Positions 26,101 through 39,204 of a DNA stretch of 64,000 bases are shown here, piece by piece. Where the stretch lies: assembly GCF_000497125.1 (NCBI RefSeq), contig NC_090597.1, positions 1,189,797 through 1,253,796 of the forward strand, in the 5' to 3' direction. The stretch comes from Spironucleus salmonicida. Taxonomy: Eukaryota. Below the pieces are notes generated by a model that was not told where the DNA came from, searched no databases, and was given only the letters and a program-made list of their open reading frames with translations. The position numbers and the translations under genes were made by a program. How positions within the stretch are numbered: position 1 is the first letter of the stretch; each line of letters starts with the position of its first letter.

Positions 26101-28029
26101 AAGGAATTCGGTGCGCTTTCCCCAATGGTCTAAACAATCTTTGAAACTATAGACGATAGGGAAGAATTCCTCATAGCCCCCCTTAGTCTGTATAACTGGA
26201 TGAAGTCTAATGGTCTGAAGATGAAGCTAGGAGAGTACAACATGTACATTGACAAAAAGAACCTTAATGTAAACAACCAGATCCGTCCCAGCGAGTTCGT
26301 TGAAATTCTTTATACCTTCCAAAAAGAGCTAGTCAAAGTCAACCTTCCTCCTCTCGTTGAAGAATCAAAACTTAACGATATGGCTTTGATGATTGGTGGA
26401 GAAAGAATGCGGAAATCAAACGACCTTGCGACGCTGCTCAAGGAATTTGGGAGACTGTCCGAGCAAATGCAGGAGATATTCGAAAAGATCGATCTCAACG
26501 AGGATTTCCTCCTATCACCAATTAACCTTTTCAATTGGATGAGGCAGAACGGTCTCGAGATGAAATTAACCGAATACAATGGCTTCATCACCAAGTAGAG
26601 CCTTAACTCCGCTGGCCAGATCCGCCCGTCGGAGTTCGCGCAGATTCTAACTAAATTTGCGAACATGATACCGAATGTAAAGCTAACATCTCAGAAGACA
26701 GCCAAGCTCCAATAGTTTGCAGACGACTTCAGTGCCAACAAATCAAAGAAGAGCAACGACTTTGCAGTGCTGCTAAAGGAATTCGGTGCGCTTTCCCCAA
26801 TGGTCTAAACAATCTTTGAAACTATAGACGATAGGGAAGAATTCCTCATAGCCCCCCTTAGTCTGTATAACTGGATGAAGTCTAATGGTCTGAAGATGAA
26901 GCTAGGAGAGTACAACATGTACATTGACAAAAAGAACCTTAATGTAAACAACCAGATCCGTCCCAGCGAGTTCGTTGAAATTCTTTATACCTTCCAAAAA
27001 GAGCTAGTCAAAGTCAACCTTCCTCCTCTCGTTGAAGAATCAAAACTTAACGATATGGCTTTGATGATTGGTGGAGAAAGAATGCGGAAATCAAACGACC
27101 TTGCGACGCTGCTCAAGGAATTTGGGAGACTGTCCGAGCAAATGCAGGAGATATTCGAAAAGATCGATCTCAACGAGGATTTCCTCCTATCACCAATTAA
27201 CCTTTTCAATTGGATGAGGCAGAACGGTCTCGAGATGAAATTAGCCGAATACAATGGCTTCATCACCAAGTAGAGCCTTAACTCCGCTGGCCAGATCCGC
27301 CCGTCGGAGTTCGCGCAGATTCTAACTAAATTTGCGAACATGATACCGAATGTAAAGCTAACATCTCAGAAGACAGCCAAGCTCCAATAGTTTGCAGACG
27401 ACTTCAGTGCCAACAAATCAAAGAAGAGCAACGACTTTGCAGTGCTGCTAAAGGAATTCGGTGCGCTTTCCCCAATGGTCTAAACAATCTTTGAAACTAT
27501 AGACGATAGGGAAGAATTCCTCATAGCCCCCCTTAGTCTGTATAACTGGATGAAGTCTAATGGTCTGAAGATGAAGCTAGGAGAGTACAACATGTACATT
27601 GACAAAAAGAACCTTAATGTAAACAACCAGATCCGTCCCAGCGAGTTCGTTGAAATTCTTTATACCTTCCAAAAAGAGCTAGTCAAAGTCAACCTTCCTC
27701 CTCTCGTTGAAGAATCAAAACTTAACGATATGGCTTTGATGATTGGTGGAGAAAGAATGCGGAAATCAAACGACCTTGCGACGCTGCTCAAGGAATTTGG
27801 GAGACTGTCCGAGCAAATGCAGGAGATATTCGAAAAGATCGATCTCAACGAGGATTTCCTCCTATCACCAATTAACCTTTTCAATTGGATGAGGCAGAAC
27901 GGTCTCGAGATGAAATTAACCGAATACAATGGCTTCATCACCAAGTAGAGCCTTAACTCCGCTGGCCAGATCCGCCCGTCGGAGTTCGCGCAGATCCTAG
28001 ATTAGCTAAAAGTTACTATCCCATTGTGA
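23194..28029 (+). CDS. Giant tandem degenerate EF-hand protein with MGCG N-terminus (1611 aa)
   Basis: Single frame in code 6. Repeats IFEKIDLNEDFLLSPINL...SLNSAGQIRPSEFAQIL and IFETIDDREEFLIAPLSL...NLNVNNQIRPSEFVEIL resemble calmodulin-type EF-hand pairs. Confidence 0.85.
24388..27995 (+). repeat. 675-bp tandem repeat, about 5.3 near-identical units (225 aa, made of two ~112-aa subrepeats)
   Basis: Units start at 24388, 25063, 25738, 26413, 27088 and 27763. The ORF track recurs every 675 bp. Confidence 0.98.
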
Positions 28030-28191
28030 GATTATTTTTAATAAAAATTATTATAATATTCTAATTTATGTTTAAATTTGGCTTTTCATCATTCTCCAAT
28101 ATATATTATATAGTATATTAAAAATTAATAATTTTATATTTGTTTATAGTATTATATCTTAATATTAATAACGATATACAACTTTTTAAAA

Positions 28192-29301
28192 ATGCAAGAA
28201 ACATCAAAAATCGCATGGGCAACACTCTAAGATGTCAAGCATCATTTTTAAGATGCCTAACCAGATTTTATCTTGAAAATAACTACTCTAGAACAATGCT
28301 TGAGAAAGCTTTATGAATTCTTTTTAGAATCGTAACCTTCAGAGGCTCCATTGCTCTAGAAAGCTCTTGATAGTGCATTATAGCGTACAATTTCTCTAGA
28401 ATAACGAGTTTTAGAAGCAGAACGTATCTCTTAGTCATCTTCCGAGTAAATTAACTCAGAACGTCAGAAAAATACTAATTATATAAATTAAATCTAAAAT
28501 TTAAAATCAAAAACCATCCCGTAACTTGAAGAAATATGTTCTTAAAACGCGAATTCTGCGCGTTAATGGAAATAAAAATGCGCTGAATTAGAAGCATAAA
28601 TTATCAATTTGAATACGAATTAGAATGGAAAATTAAATTCAATTTACACTGAAATGAAACGATTTTAGTAAATCATAAATGAGCAAAAAAGTTAAATAGA
28701 AATGAAAAATTAAAACTTAATTGATCTGTAAAAATCGGTATAAAACGGCGAAAAAAGACTTATAAAAGCTGTAAACGAAACACAAAATGCCAGCAGCTCA
28801 ATTATTCAGAAACTGTAGTTTGAAATTGCAACTTTGTAGTCTTAAATGCACAGTATGGGATAGTAAGCGATTTAGAGGTAGAATGATGAAAATTAGCGAA
28901 TTTTGGAGGCACAGATTGCTTCGAAGCTAATTGAGAGCGGAAAAGATAATTAAATGCTTTTCCCTTAAAAAATAATGATGGGCAATGCTTAGAATGGAGA
29001 AAACAGTAAGTAAAGTACTGGAATAGCATCACAACACAGCCAAAATATCTCAAACCCTGCTAAATCTAGTCAACTAAATGCTTCTTTAACATAGCTAGAA
29101 AGCTCGAACTAACCCGATATTTCCACATCTTTCATTGATGAAATCAATGTTGCGATGCGGAAGATGCGATCTGAACAGGTTTTCATGCAACAGCAACCTA
29201 TTTAGAGAGGAAGTGCGGTGGTAGATTTAGGGCTTCAGCGGATAAATGAAAGACTGCGAAAGCTCGGTGGAAAAACCGTGTTTGAGGAGAGTGAGTTTTG
29301 A
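28192..29301 (+). CDS. Coiled-coil hypothetical protein (369 aa)
   Basis: ATG and TGA in frame, Q/E/K-rich heptads. Confidence 0.7.
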
Positions 29302-29853
29302 ATGCTGATTTTTTAAAATAAAAGCAGGACTGTACTGATTTAGTTTTTAGTTTCTTAGTAGTAAAAGTAATAAAATTGAAATTATATGGTGATTTTGGTT
29401 TAACTGCATGAGGTGTCGTTAATAGTTAGACTATATTAATTTTACCAACTGTTATTTCGTTGTTTACATGTATGCATATAAATTTATAATAATGTAGTAA
29501 AATTAGTTTAGTATTTTTATTCTATTGTTTAGTAATGGATAAATATAAATCAAGCTAATATAAGTGTTGAATATTTTTTTGTCTTTCGTAACGAAATATC
29601 TTTTCTTCGTTTCTGCATAAGATAATTTTTATGATGTTATTATACAAGTAAGAATTTAATGATATCATTATTACTATAATTTACGGTGACAAATTTTGCT
29701 TTATCGCCTATATGACAAATTATATTTACTAAAAAAATATTTTTCTGGAGATAAAATTCGAAATAGCTTATCGTAATAATAATTTAACTTCTTTCGTGAG
29801 TATAGTTAAATTTTATAAAATATAACTCGACAAACTTAAAATATAAACAACCT

Positions 29854-30258
29854 TCACTTCTCACCCTTTTGGCTAGCTCTTAATTGTTAAAAGTACTCTT
29901 TTGCACTCAAATTAAGTAATTTTTCGTTATAAACACCACATTCTCCAGAATTCACAATATTGACGTCTTTTAATAATTTACTTAAAAACTCGTCTTTTCT
30001 GATCGTTTAATTCAAAACCTATGGAGTAACACGTTTAGTTTTTGTGCGTTTTACAGCTTCTGCGCTAAGGTCCAAAACTTCGGTGACCAAAAATTCGAGA
30101 GCAGCAGAAACATATATAGCAGCAGTATTTGATACACGACCTACTCTAAGCTTCGACGATGTTGTGCGACATTTTAATGCACGTTATTTAAGGAGACGGT
30201 GAACACGACCAACTGGGAAGGTTAACCCTGATTTTTCTGAACGGGTAGTATTTGCCAT
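29854..30258 (-). CDS. H2A: Divergent histone H2A family protein with H2A.Z-like features (134 aa)
   Basis: TRSEKSGLTFPVGRVHRLLK, AAIYVSAALEFLVTEVLDLS, KRVTP, IRKDEFLSKLL match the H2A histone fold. Confidence 0.92.
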
Positions 30259-30913
30259 TTAGAATATTGGAAAGGACAAAATTTTAACTAATTTATGTAT
30301 AATATATAAATAAATTGGAAACTATGGATTAATTTTAACTATCAACTCTAATTAGTACACGACTGAGTAGAAGTAATATAGTATTGTAGAGTAAATTTGA
30401 TATTAATAATATAACCTGCAAGAATTTCTAAGCGTTTTGTTATGCCTAGGATAATTACTCCACTAGTAGTTATATTAAAATAAGTATACGATTTAGCATC
30501 TATATTACATCATAAATGAATCCAACAATTATCTCACAAAATATTTGTTAAAACATGACCCATGAAGCTGAAAATATGAGCAATATATTGCTATAATACT
30601 AGTATAATACCTCCTTATTTTCATCTCATTAAATCTTAAAATTATATTCTATTAAACAATCTTATTTATTGGAGTATTTTTGAATAGACTTAAATTTCTA
30701 TATACATTTACAGGCTTACTATACAATATTTTTTCTGAACAATTTTCACACTATTATATATTAAACATTATATTAAAATAGAAATTATAATTTCTATCTA
30801 AAGACCATTTACTCAAAATTCTAAATTAATACGTATAAAAGCAAGTACATGAAAAATTACACAATACACTAGTATTATATTAAGCTTATTGAAATACTTA
30901 TGACATCAACAAA

Positions 30914-31340
30914 ATGAAAACAAAGGTGATCCGAAAACTGCAAATCAGCATGAGCAACATAACCATCAACTCGCTGAATACCCTAGAGCAACAAATCAGC
31001 GATATCTCGACGCAGCGAGACCCGCTCAAAATGCCAGCCAAAAAAAATCCTGCAGCTGCCGCTGAGGCAAACTACGTAGAATTTAAAGTTGATGATCGAT
31101 AACTTCTCACAGAAATCGGACGATAACGAGTTCCTGATCGACTACAACGATACATTCGTGAGCAGAGACTGTTGCGACCGCCTGAAGCAGCAAATCGGCG
31201 CCTCCACAGAGGCCGCGAGCGACCTTATCGACCGCGTCTACCTGCTCCATCTGCATGCCGGAATGCTCAGGCGACAGCTGAAATAGCGCAATTACTAGTA
31301 CCGAATTATGCTGGATTTCCTTACTTCCACTCCAAAATGA
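30914..31340 (+). CDS. Hypothetical protein, apparently frameshifted at the A8 run 31040-31047
   Basis: GC3-biased codons switch from frame 0 to frame +1 at the A8 run. The +1 frame ends at TGA 31338-31340. Confidence 0.5.
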
Positions 31341-32182
31341 ACGTCTTCGCAGCGCTGCGAGTCCGGAAATTCAGCGCTCTCAAATGCGCGTTTCGCACGT
31401 CCAGCGCGCGCTTTCTGGAGGCATCCGACACCCTGAAAACTGCGTTTCAGGCCGCGGCGGATCGCGATTCTGCGCTCGCGGCGTACTGCGTGCAGTCGCT
31501 TTCGGAGGCCGCGGAAACGCAGGAAATCGCTCATTTCATGCTCTAAACAGCAAATTTCACGCAGTTTCTCAAAGTTTGCCTGCAAAGTTCGTCCCAAATT
31601 CTCATCGCGCAAACGCTCACTTTCCTGTCGAAACTTACCTGCGTTTCGTTTTTAGCCTGTCACCAATTCAAAATTGAAAACATTTTTCCGCTCCTTTTAG
31701 CATTATCGACTGAGGAAAATTTTTAGGACAAAATAATTACGATTTTGGGGAATTCCGCCTCGGAAGTCGACGTTTTTGAGGAGCTCCGTTGCGTCCTAGA
31801 AAGAAGTCATAATAGCGCAATTTGGCCCTGGGGCTTCTACGTTTTGTGCTTCTGTGAAGATTCCTGTCCATAAACGATTTAAATTGCGCTGGAAATGACT
31901 AGGAAAGAGCTTGGGAGCCGATAGATGCTGTATTTGTTAAATGGGCTTAGAAAGGTTGCATAGCAATAGGGGGATAGTTTATGTCAAATAGGTGGTTTTT
32001 TGAGTGCGAAATGGTCAAATTTTAGCTAAAAATGTGAAATTGTGGCCCAGGAACTAGTTGAAATGTGGGTAGTAGCTTATGTTCGTGCAGATTTGATGGT
32101 TGGTGAGTTTCTACGGTCTAATTACGATGTACTGTGGGTGTAATAAATTGTCCAAAAACACGAGTTAGAAGGAGATTTTTGA
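31337..32182 (+). CDS. Helical hypothetical protein (281 aa)
   Basis: CCACTCC at 31327-31333 directly before ATG 31337, open to TGA 32182. The frame is also open upstream to 30914. Confidence 0.7.
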
Positions 32183-32558
32183 ATCAATATTATACTTATT
32201 ATTTGGTTATTTTATTATAGTTAATAAAAATTTTACGGTATTAATTTATTGTTGATTTATTATTAATATTAGATAAATTTATAATAATTAAGTAGTGTTA
32301 AAAATCGGAATTAGTATTTTTAGTTATATAATATGAAATATAGTGAGATAAATTTAATTCACAAACTATTTGCCCATCTACTATTATTAACTAGATTTAG
32401 TGGTTTATTTTTATAATGACAGAAAAATCGTTTTTGGATTTACTTGAGGTTTAAATTGACTATTTTTATCTACTTAATATTTTGTTTTAAGAACCAATGT
32501 TTAAACAGTAATATTACCATATTTCTGTATAATTATTTTTTCACCACTTCTTTATTAA

Positions 32559-33773
32559 ATGGTGTAAGTATTCTCCTTATTAGTTTGGATCTACATTATC
32601 TCAATGTTGGTATCTGGAGCAGGATCTACCTTAACTGCAAAAGGTATGTCTTAATTCAAAATTTCTCCGTCTGCTGGTGCGTCAGCGATAGTATTTAACC
32701 ATCCTCATATTTAAACGTTATTCATGTTTATTGGAGAGTTTTGCTGCATCTTCGTGTATTTGATTACTGAAACTGTCCGTAAATAGCGTGGAAAAGAAGG
32801 TCCTAAGCTTATAGAAGGTAAAACATTTTACAAATTTATGCCACACGTTTTCTTATTCTTGATACCTACTGTTTGTGATCTTGCTTCATCAACATTTTTC
32901 AACATGGCTATTTATTTTTCTACCGCTTCTGTGTATTAGATTTTAAGAAATGTTACTGTAATATTTGTAGCACTTTTATCCTTCATGTGGCGTGATTTCC
33001 GCGCTAAGTTTGATTTACCCCAAGCTATGGGTCTATTGATTATTTTCATTGGGGCTTCTACTATTGCATTAGCTTCAATTTTGTTTGGAGGCAACGATGC
33101 TTCTGCCGTAAATCCTCTCTTAGGTGTTGTTTTTACTTTACTTGGATGTTTCTTTGGATCTTTATGGTTTGTTACAGAAGAAATTTCTCTTCGTAAAATC
33201 TAAACTGTAGGTTTAATTGGTGTAGCTAATGAAGGTGGATGGGGTTGTATTTTATATGCTATCCTTCTTCCTATCTATAACCTATTTGCTGACCCATTCA
33301 ACAAGGATGATCCAAATGCTAAATTTGAAGATGTACCCGTTTGGGCATATTAAATGGGTTAGTCTTATGCAGAGATTTTACTTCATATTGCATATTCCAT
33401 GTTTGTTCTTGTTTTTAATTTTACCGGTATGGAGATTACTAACCATGTTTCATCAGCTACTCGTACTACTTTTGACGCTTGCCGTTCTATTATTGTTTGG
33501 ATTGTATCTTTTATAGTAGGTTGGGAAAAATGGCATACTGGTTCTACTCTTACTAGAATCCTTGGATTTATCCTTGTTACTCTGGGTGTTCTCATTTATA
33601 ACAATATTCTAAGGCTTATTCCATTCCTCAAGTAGTCTAATATTGAAATTTTTGGTAAATGGATAGGTAAAGGTGGTAAAGTGAATTCTACAGAAGTAAT
33701 TGTAGAAGAAGGGATGCGTGAAACTGAAGATTAATAGGCTCCTATTAAATCAGGTTCAATTGTCCAAGAATGA
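32559..33773 (+). CDS. SLC35F6-like DMT/nucleotide-sugar transporter family protein, paralog 2 (404 aa)
   Basis: Colinear with 10798-12000: FNHPHIQTLFMFIGE, ASVYQILRN, EEISLRKIQTVG, SSATRTTFDACR. Confidence 0.88.
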
Positions 33774-34153
33774 TTATCTTCCTGTATTTTTCATATTTTT
33801 AAGCAAACAACAATGTTATAGTTCAGTTCTTATTATTTATATAACACAGAATAAGACTAATGCAGATTTAAGAATAATTCTGCTTGTGTCACTTTAAAAT
33901 TTTATGGAACTGGTATTGATTGACCAAAAGTAGTCTTTATAAAGACTAAAAGCCTTACTTCTCTATGTATCAATAAAAAGTATTGGCTTAAAAGTCATAT
34001 GTTTCTCGAAAATAAATATTCTTAGTAAATTTAACTAACATTAGTATTATATAATATTATATAAAAATTTATTTATTCAAACCACTCCATATACTTGTAT
34101 ATTAATATTATTATATGTTTATTAACTCCCAAACCCTTTCCACATTCACTTCA

Positions 34154-34160
34154 CCACTCC
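34154..34160 (+). promoter_or_regulatory. CCACTCC start-proximal motif (second copy at 34082-34088)
   Basis: 3 nt before the eIF5 ATG at 34164. Confidence 0.6.
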
Positions 34161-34163
34161 CGA

Positions 34164-35147
34164 ATGATCAACGTAAATTTCTCAAACGATCCCGACTATC
34201 GCTACAAGATGCCGGCCCCCTAGCTCTAAAACATCGGAGGTGGTAATGGAAAAAGGTTTCTTTTCCAGAACATTGCACTTGTCTCGCAAAAAATTTTCAG
34301 AAATCCTGAGATCCTCCAAAAGTATCTCCAGACAGAATTCGGCGCTTTCGGATGCCTCCAACAAGACGGATCACTCTCTTTGACAGGATGGTAAGATGCT
34401 CAATCGGTTCTTGACAAAATCAAACAATTCATCTTCAGCTACGTTCTTTGCAAACACTGTGGAAACCCAGAAACCATCCAAATCATCGAGCCGAATCGTA
34501 TAATTTTCAAATGCAAGGCATGCGGAAAAGATTCGACAATCGAAGCTTGTTAATAACATTAAATTATTATGTGGTAATGTAAATAAATCAAAAAAACCGT
34601 TATATCAGCTCGAGTTAAAATAGCTCCACGGGCGATTCGGAGTAAGATAGAAGCAATTATTAACAGCGACATCGAGAACAAAATTAACGTTTTAGAACGC
34701 GAAATTTAAAATTTCATCGAAAAAGGAGCGGTATTAGAAGAAGAAGTTGTTGTTTTGATAGTTTCTGCATTTAACGCTAAAAGCGTAATTGAGGAGACTG
34801 ATTTTGAGCTATTTTCAAAAGTTTGCAAAAAATTGAATTTTACAATCTAATAATAATTGTAAATATTATATAGTATGGAATGTGTATTCAAACAATTTCT
34901 ATCCGTTTTTGCTGCAAATTCATATATGCTTTCTGGTATATTTTAAAAATTTTAAGTACTGAAAATAATAGATTCTCAGTGCTTCTTACAATTTAAAGAA
35001 GCTGAGCATTAGTAGTTTGTGCCAGAAGAGTTTCATGGAGAAATACTAGCAAACCTAAAGCCTTTTTACGATTGGTTTGAAAGTGGAGACGTTGAAGTTC
35101 AAGAAGAAATCGTCGAAATTGAGGAAGTGGAAGAAGAAACTGAGTGA
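34164..35147 (+). CDS. EIF5: Translation initiation factor eIF5 (327 aa)
   Basis: DPDYRYKMP, GGGNGK, zinc finger YVLCKHCGNPET...CKACG, and a W2-type end KPFYDWFE followed by an acidic tail. Confidence 0.93.
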
Positions 35148-35702
35148 AAGTAATGGTTTTATAACAGATTAATTAGTTTAAATACTAAGTATTGGATGTT
35201 TAGCATATGAATGTATAGAGTTTTTGGCGATATACTGATTTGCGAGAAAAATGAATATTCGTTGGAGGTTTTATACAAAGCTAGTTAGTTTTGGCATTCT
35301 AGACGGAATTTAATGGATGAATACTTAAATTTCAATTTCGATAAATTTTATTTCTAGTTATAGAATACTTGACAACCTTTAAATATCATAACAATTAAAA
35401 AGGAAGTTATTATAATAAATTTAATATCAAATGTTAATCAATAAATTCAACGAAAAACAACTTTTACAAATTTTCTGACATCTAAGTATAAATAGTTGTT
35501 AAAAAAAGTAAGAATACTACTACTAATTTCTATTTTCGTATTTCTAATTAATAGTTCTGTAAATCAATGTTAACATAATACCACTAAATTGTGCTCATTT
35601 GCATGATTTTCATGCCTATTTTTAGTTAAATTTGACTAAATTAAAAATTTATTAGAAGATTACAAAATCCCTCATGTAGTTATGATACTATCAATTCATT
35701 CT

Positions 35703-37190
35703 TCATAATAAAATTTCTGCAAAGGTTCCACTACCCCCGACTGGATACTCGCTTTATTCCTTATTACTCAATAAGCCTTTCACCTCATTAATTTTATTCT
35801 AAATTCCACTAATTACACCGTCTTCACAATCCAAGTCAAATTCATTTTCCCGCTCAACTATCTCACCTCGTCCTTCAGTTACCCCATTGATACCACTAAA
35901 CTCCTTATATTTTGTTGGCTAAAACCTAAAAATACAAGGTCCATCATCAGTTTTAACGCACACTGTCAGTACAGGATGCGTTCGATGCAAATTAACCTGT
36001 TTTTTCTGAATTTTTAAGACCTGGAACGGCCGAATCGATGCAGAAATTATTGGAAGGTTCAAATTTGTGATTTCGTAATACGCATTCGTCTAATAAAGTA
36101 GGGCATTTAAAACCAGTTATTCGGTGCAAAGCGCAAAAGTCTGTGAGAATTCGCTTCGAAACAGCGCTAATGTTTTCAAATTGATATCCTTTTTCAAAGT
36201 GGTCTGCTAGTGAGGAGGTTTGAAGACGACAATTCGCTATGATTCATCTTCAAAATATTTTTAAAGTGGAAACTCAAAATTAAAATCAAATTAATCCAAT
36301 ATTTTTTTATAACCTTTTATTTCTTCCATTATTTCACTAAAACTGTCAAAATTTGCATACTAAATTATTATATCACAGAACTCACGCTTTCCATATTGGC
36401 ATAATAGTAACATGCCATCCTCTTCACGTGGTGTAATTCCTGTAAGCTACTAAATAATCTCCGCTGCCCCTGACTCGAATCCGTCTACCTTGAGCATATT
36501 CCGTGTATAAAGTGTTGCCTTAGAGTCTATTTTTTCTAAATTTTAAAATGTTGGCATTTGTACTTTGTCATCAAAAGAAGTTTTACAGTCGAAAATAGTC
36601 TAAAAGACGAATGTATTTTCCACATTTAAATAAATAAATATAACATTAATGAATTAGACGATAAGAATATTATTAGAAAGAGCAAAATCGGTTGGAAAAT
36701 GGGGTAGAGGAGGGGCCATTTTTAATGAAGTAATATTGTTGTTGATAATCTAGTTCCACTAGCCAGACGGTGTTACAAAAATACCCTAAAACGATGTTTT
36801 TGCTAATTATGTACATCTAAAAAGTGAGTTATCGTCAATTAATACCGTATGAATGCAAGTTAAGGTCTGTGGTTGAATCAAGCCGTTAATAAAATGGGTG
36901 GATTCATTTGTGCTAAAATAGGCAATTTTATTTAGCTACCTCACCAGTATCGTATTAAAATGAGTAGTATATAGTTAATCTATTTTTGTGCGCTCGCCTG
37001 TATAAAAGCAGTTAAGTGGTGCAAGTGGATATGAAAAAGTAAAAATATGGCCATCGAAGGTCCCTACGAAAGTATAATGAGAACCCTCTGAAAGAGTAAT
37101 TACTGATGGTTCATGATCGGTAAGAGTTGATTTTAGGTACGCACAGTGCGTAGCATGTGGTGAGATTGTATCATGATACGTCTCTGACAT
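35703..37190 (-). CDS. Hypothetical protein (495 aa), beta-rich N-terminus
   Basis: Open in code 6 from MSETYHDTISP to TGA 35703. Confidence 0.7.
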
Positions 37191-37336
37191 TTAATTTTTC
37201 AATCATAACATTAATATATAATTATTAATATATAAGTTTACTAATTCATAATAATATTTTTATATAATTAAAAAGTTAAATCTATTCTACAAATCTGGAT
37301 ATATTAATATGATAGGTAATATAACATATTAAAAAA

Positions 37337-37783
37337 ATGAAACATAGTTTTTTCACGTAGCATAAGTTACCCTTACTTTCTAAAAATGTCTTATTTAAGA
37401 ATATTTAAAGACCAGATTATTAATTTAAAGTATTGTCGCCTTATTTATTAGAAAGAGAAAATGATTTTCAGAAGCATGAATATGAAAAGGTTTAGCTAGA
37501 AAACCGCTTAATCTAAAAAAGAACACTATAAGAGGTCAGGAGATGTGAGTAAAATCCGCTATATGGCTTTCCTTAAGAACCATCTTATAAGTCACTTTCA
37601 GAGTATTATCTTGTAAATAATAATTTTAAAAAAGATTGGGTACAATTTAAGTTTGATAACAACTTTTTCTATAAATTTTTATGGTAAACCTTTTTAAGAT
37701 TAAAAAAAGAAATTTTAATGTAGGATAATTTAAAATTAAATAAAAAATCAAAAAATCGGATTATCATGACTATGTCTGACTGA
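37337..37783 (+). CDS. Hypothetical protein (148 aa)
   Basis: Open in code 6, stop context TGAGTA. AT-rich, no motif. Confidence 0.45.
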
Positions 37784-38169
37784 GTATATTTTAGAATATG
37801 ATTTTATATCTTATGTTAACTTTGAGCAAAGTTAAAGTGGTATATATTATAGATTAATATCCTATCTATGAGCATATAAATAAATTGTATATTTAAATAT
37901 AATATTATGATAACTATAGAAACTATTCAAATAATTTTATAGTATTGTAGAGTGATATAATATATTAAGTATACACAAATCGTAAAGTATACATTATTCA
38001 GATTTGATAAATCTTCATTCACAAAGTTTATTTGTGAATTAATATATAAGTAATTTATAAATAAATAAAATTTCAATAAAATAAACAAATGTGATTTAAT
38101 ATAAATCATATTATTATCATATATTAATAATGTATGGACTAAATCAGATAATACCCCTCCACCAAATAC

Positions 38170-39141
<972 letters not shown>

Positions 39142-39204
39142 TACCTTTTGCATTATATAATTATAATTATATACTATTTTACCACTTCATTACCCTCTCC
39201 TACA

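Noticed and set aside
24388-27995. CRISPR array, transposon or tandem array of separate 132-aa genes
   Set aside because: No spacers or terminal repeats. The unit is a multiple of 3 and lies inside one continuous ORF.
29857-29874. H2A.X assignment from the C-terminal SQ
   Set aside because: SQKGEK does not match the terminal SQ(E/D)-hydrophobic motif in sequence or position.
33963-34044. Possible spliceosomal intron (CTATGT ... ACTAACATTAG)
   Set aside because: Intergenic, no flanking exons could be joined, and such matches are likely by chance in AT-rich DNA.
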